Part shown: positions 62,101 through 64,000 of the stretch, in pieces
Layout of the letters: the number at the start of each line of letters is the position of its first letter
Position numbering within the stretch: position 1 is the first letter of the stretch
NCBI RefSeq assembly: GCF_000150275.1
Contig: NW_002060947.1
Location: 6,773,648-6,837,647 of the forward strand
Direction: 5' to 3'
DNA: 64,000 nucleotides
Source of the DNA: Trichoplax adhaerens
Taxonomy: Eukaryota > Animalia > Placozoa
Translations under genes and position numbers: made by a program
Notes under the pieces: model-generated
What the model was told of the DNA's origin: nothing
What the model saw: only the letters and a program-made list of their open reading frames with translations
The model's database searches: none

Positions 62101-64000
62101 AGGCAATCAAAAAGAGCTCAATAGAAGAAATAGAAAATCTACTTGCTCTCAACTACTACCGTGATAAAATCAACTCAGTTGATAAAGAGAATTCATTTAC
62201 TTTTATGCATTATGCTGCAAGATATAATCGATCCGATGTTATTACTTGCTTGATTGGCTCCGGCGCAGGTAATTTTTCATATTTAATGGTATACATATTT
62301 TATAAATTACAATAGCTACAGATTTATCTCTAAGAGTAAGCTTATTAATATCTTTATCTAACCTTGTATGATTGTCATCCAGTTAATATTGCCTACAATT
62401 GTTTTTTTATTATTTAGATGTTAACAGTAAAAGTGGCAGAGATGGCATTGCTCCTCTCCATGTCGCCGCCCAGCATAATTGTACCAAGGCAGCTCAAACT
62501 CTAATTCAGTTTGGCGCAAAGCTTTGTGGTAATTCTAAAGCGAAAGAAGGTCCTTTGCATTTTTGCTGTAAATACGGAAGTGAGGGAGTCGCCGAGGTAT
62601 TACGATATTGTAATAATAATTATTCTCTTGAACTGCAATAACCAGCATAAATCTGTTCCAGGAATCACTTTTTTATTTTTAGACTACATTTAAAATCGCC
62701 ACTGAAGTAACATATCGCTATTATTGTCCTATTTTGCATATGTTAAAATTGATTTATTTGCATATCGTATATGAACTAGATCATTCTAAGAGAAGCTGAA
62801 AAACTCAATATTACTGGAAAGATAGTTAACCACCCTGATAATGAATCCTACTATCCTATCCATTTTGCTGCTTTATATAATAAGGAGAGGATGATTGATA
62901 TTTTGGTAAGCCTAAAAGTATTTGGTAACAGATTTGTAGTTAATTAGTATAGACAGTATCGCATTAAATTAACAGTCTTTCTTAGCTAAACATATTCAAC
63001 CCGTTTGACGAACTACTCGTCATGTAGCTAAAATATGGCGCAAGTATAGTAAAAAAGAACATTAACGGTCGATTGCCTTCTCATTTTGCGGCTGAACGTA
63101 AAGATACTTCTATTTTAGAGCATCTACTGCAATACGGTAAGTTGAATATATTCATAAATTTGATGAAAATATGCGTTATACGCAATAGTTTATGTACAAC
63201 TGGATTTTGGAACCATTTACTTATAGCCAAAATTAAGGGACAGAACGACTATATAATGATATCTAATAATGAGGGAGGCACAGCTCTTCATGTAGCAGCA
63301 GATGTTGGTTCTATCGCGGTAAGTTTACAAAGCATCTTATTGCATTTGATTTAATTCGAAGATAATGAAAATTTAACCTAAATGGAATATGGAACCGGAA
63401 TCAATATGAAAAATTGCATCTATTCATCTCGTTAGGCAGCAGAAGTTTGTTTGAAATATAACGCGGATATCGAAGCTCAAACAGTAAATCCAATCATAGT
63501 TTTTTGTTTATGGCGATATTGCTGATACGATGTATCGCATATTTTGTACGATAGTATAATATAGTTTGTTGGCGTTTATTGATAAACAAAGTTATCTTTG
63601 TAGTTCTTTCGCTATATATTGAATACTTGCTTATTTTATCTAGTATGAACTATTAACACCTTTTCACATTGCGGCTATGAATGGCAATTACGAATTTGCC
63701 GAGTTTCTCACAAATAGAGGAGCTAAAATCAACTCAAAAGACAATGAAGGAAAAACATGCCTGCACTATGCAGCTTTGAGTAATAATCTTCCTTTAATTG
63801 GGCTCATGATCCAGCAGGTATGTTCGCCGATGCTTGTTAAGAAGGTCTCAATTGCATGACTTTTGCTTCTTGTAGGGTCAATATCGTAAGATCATAATTA
63901 AACTTCATCAATTCATTTCATACAGGGAGCAGATATTGAAGTTCGCGATAACAAAGAACATACACCATTACTTTCAGCTGTTTATAAAGGGTGTTCATCT
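59175..64000 (+). CDS. TRPA1: TRPA1-like channel, tandem copy 5 (3'-partial: exons 1-9)
   Basis: Exon 1 is 59175-59453 (93 codons, WKFPSWGSKK motif) and exon 2 starts at 62103. The ankyrin exons are homologous to copies 1-4. Exon 9 starts at 63926 and is cut by the window edge. Confidence 0.88.

Noticed and set aside
40-64000. TRPN/NOMPC or stand-alone ankyrin gene calls; U12 introns; CRISPR or other prokaryotic systems
   Set aside because: About 17 rather than ~29 ankyrins plus a TRPA1-type pore and TRP-like helix; no GTATCCT/ATATCCT donors at the mapped junctions; the DNA is spliced eukaryotic sequence with no repeat-spacer array.

Overview
AT-rich, intron-dense eukaryotic (animal) DNA. 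Short GT-AG introns, no obvious CpG depletion and a 50-N gap suggest a placozoan such as Trichoplax (inference only). The window is a head-to-tail tandem array, period about 14.4-17.1 kb, of at least five paralogous TRPA1-type ankyrin-repeat cation channel genes on the + strand. Copy 1 lacks exon 1, copies 2-4 are complete (25 exons), and copy 5 runs off the end. Copy 2 splices by hand to 1147 aa: 16-17 ankyrin repeats, S1-S6, pore TMMVGDISYRE, the TRP-like helix GLAVGDINEV and a C-terminal coiled coil. Versus human TRPA1, aligned from memory, the proteins lack the C621 electrophile sensor and most of the S2-S3 Ca2+ site. The paralogs differ in linker cysteines and C-terminal PDZ-like tails, and copies 3 and 4 are a patchwork of near-identical and diverged tracts. 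Introns and spacers hold about 16 solo-LTR-like elements (TG...CA, several with exact 5-bp target-site duplications) from several families that share a promoter motif and a terminal hairpin. The spacers also hide a decayed, more divergent TRPA paralog and probably an antisense class-A GPCR relic that appears to straddle TRPA exon 1. All alignments were done by eye; no database searches were run.
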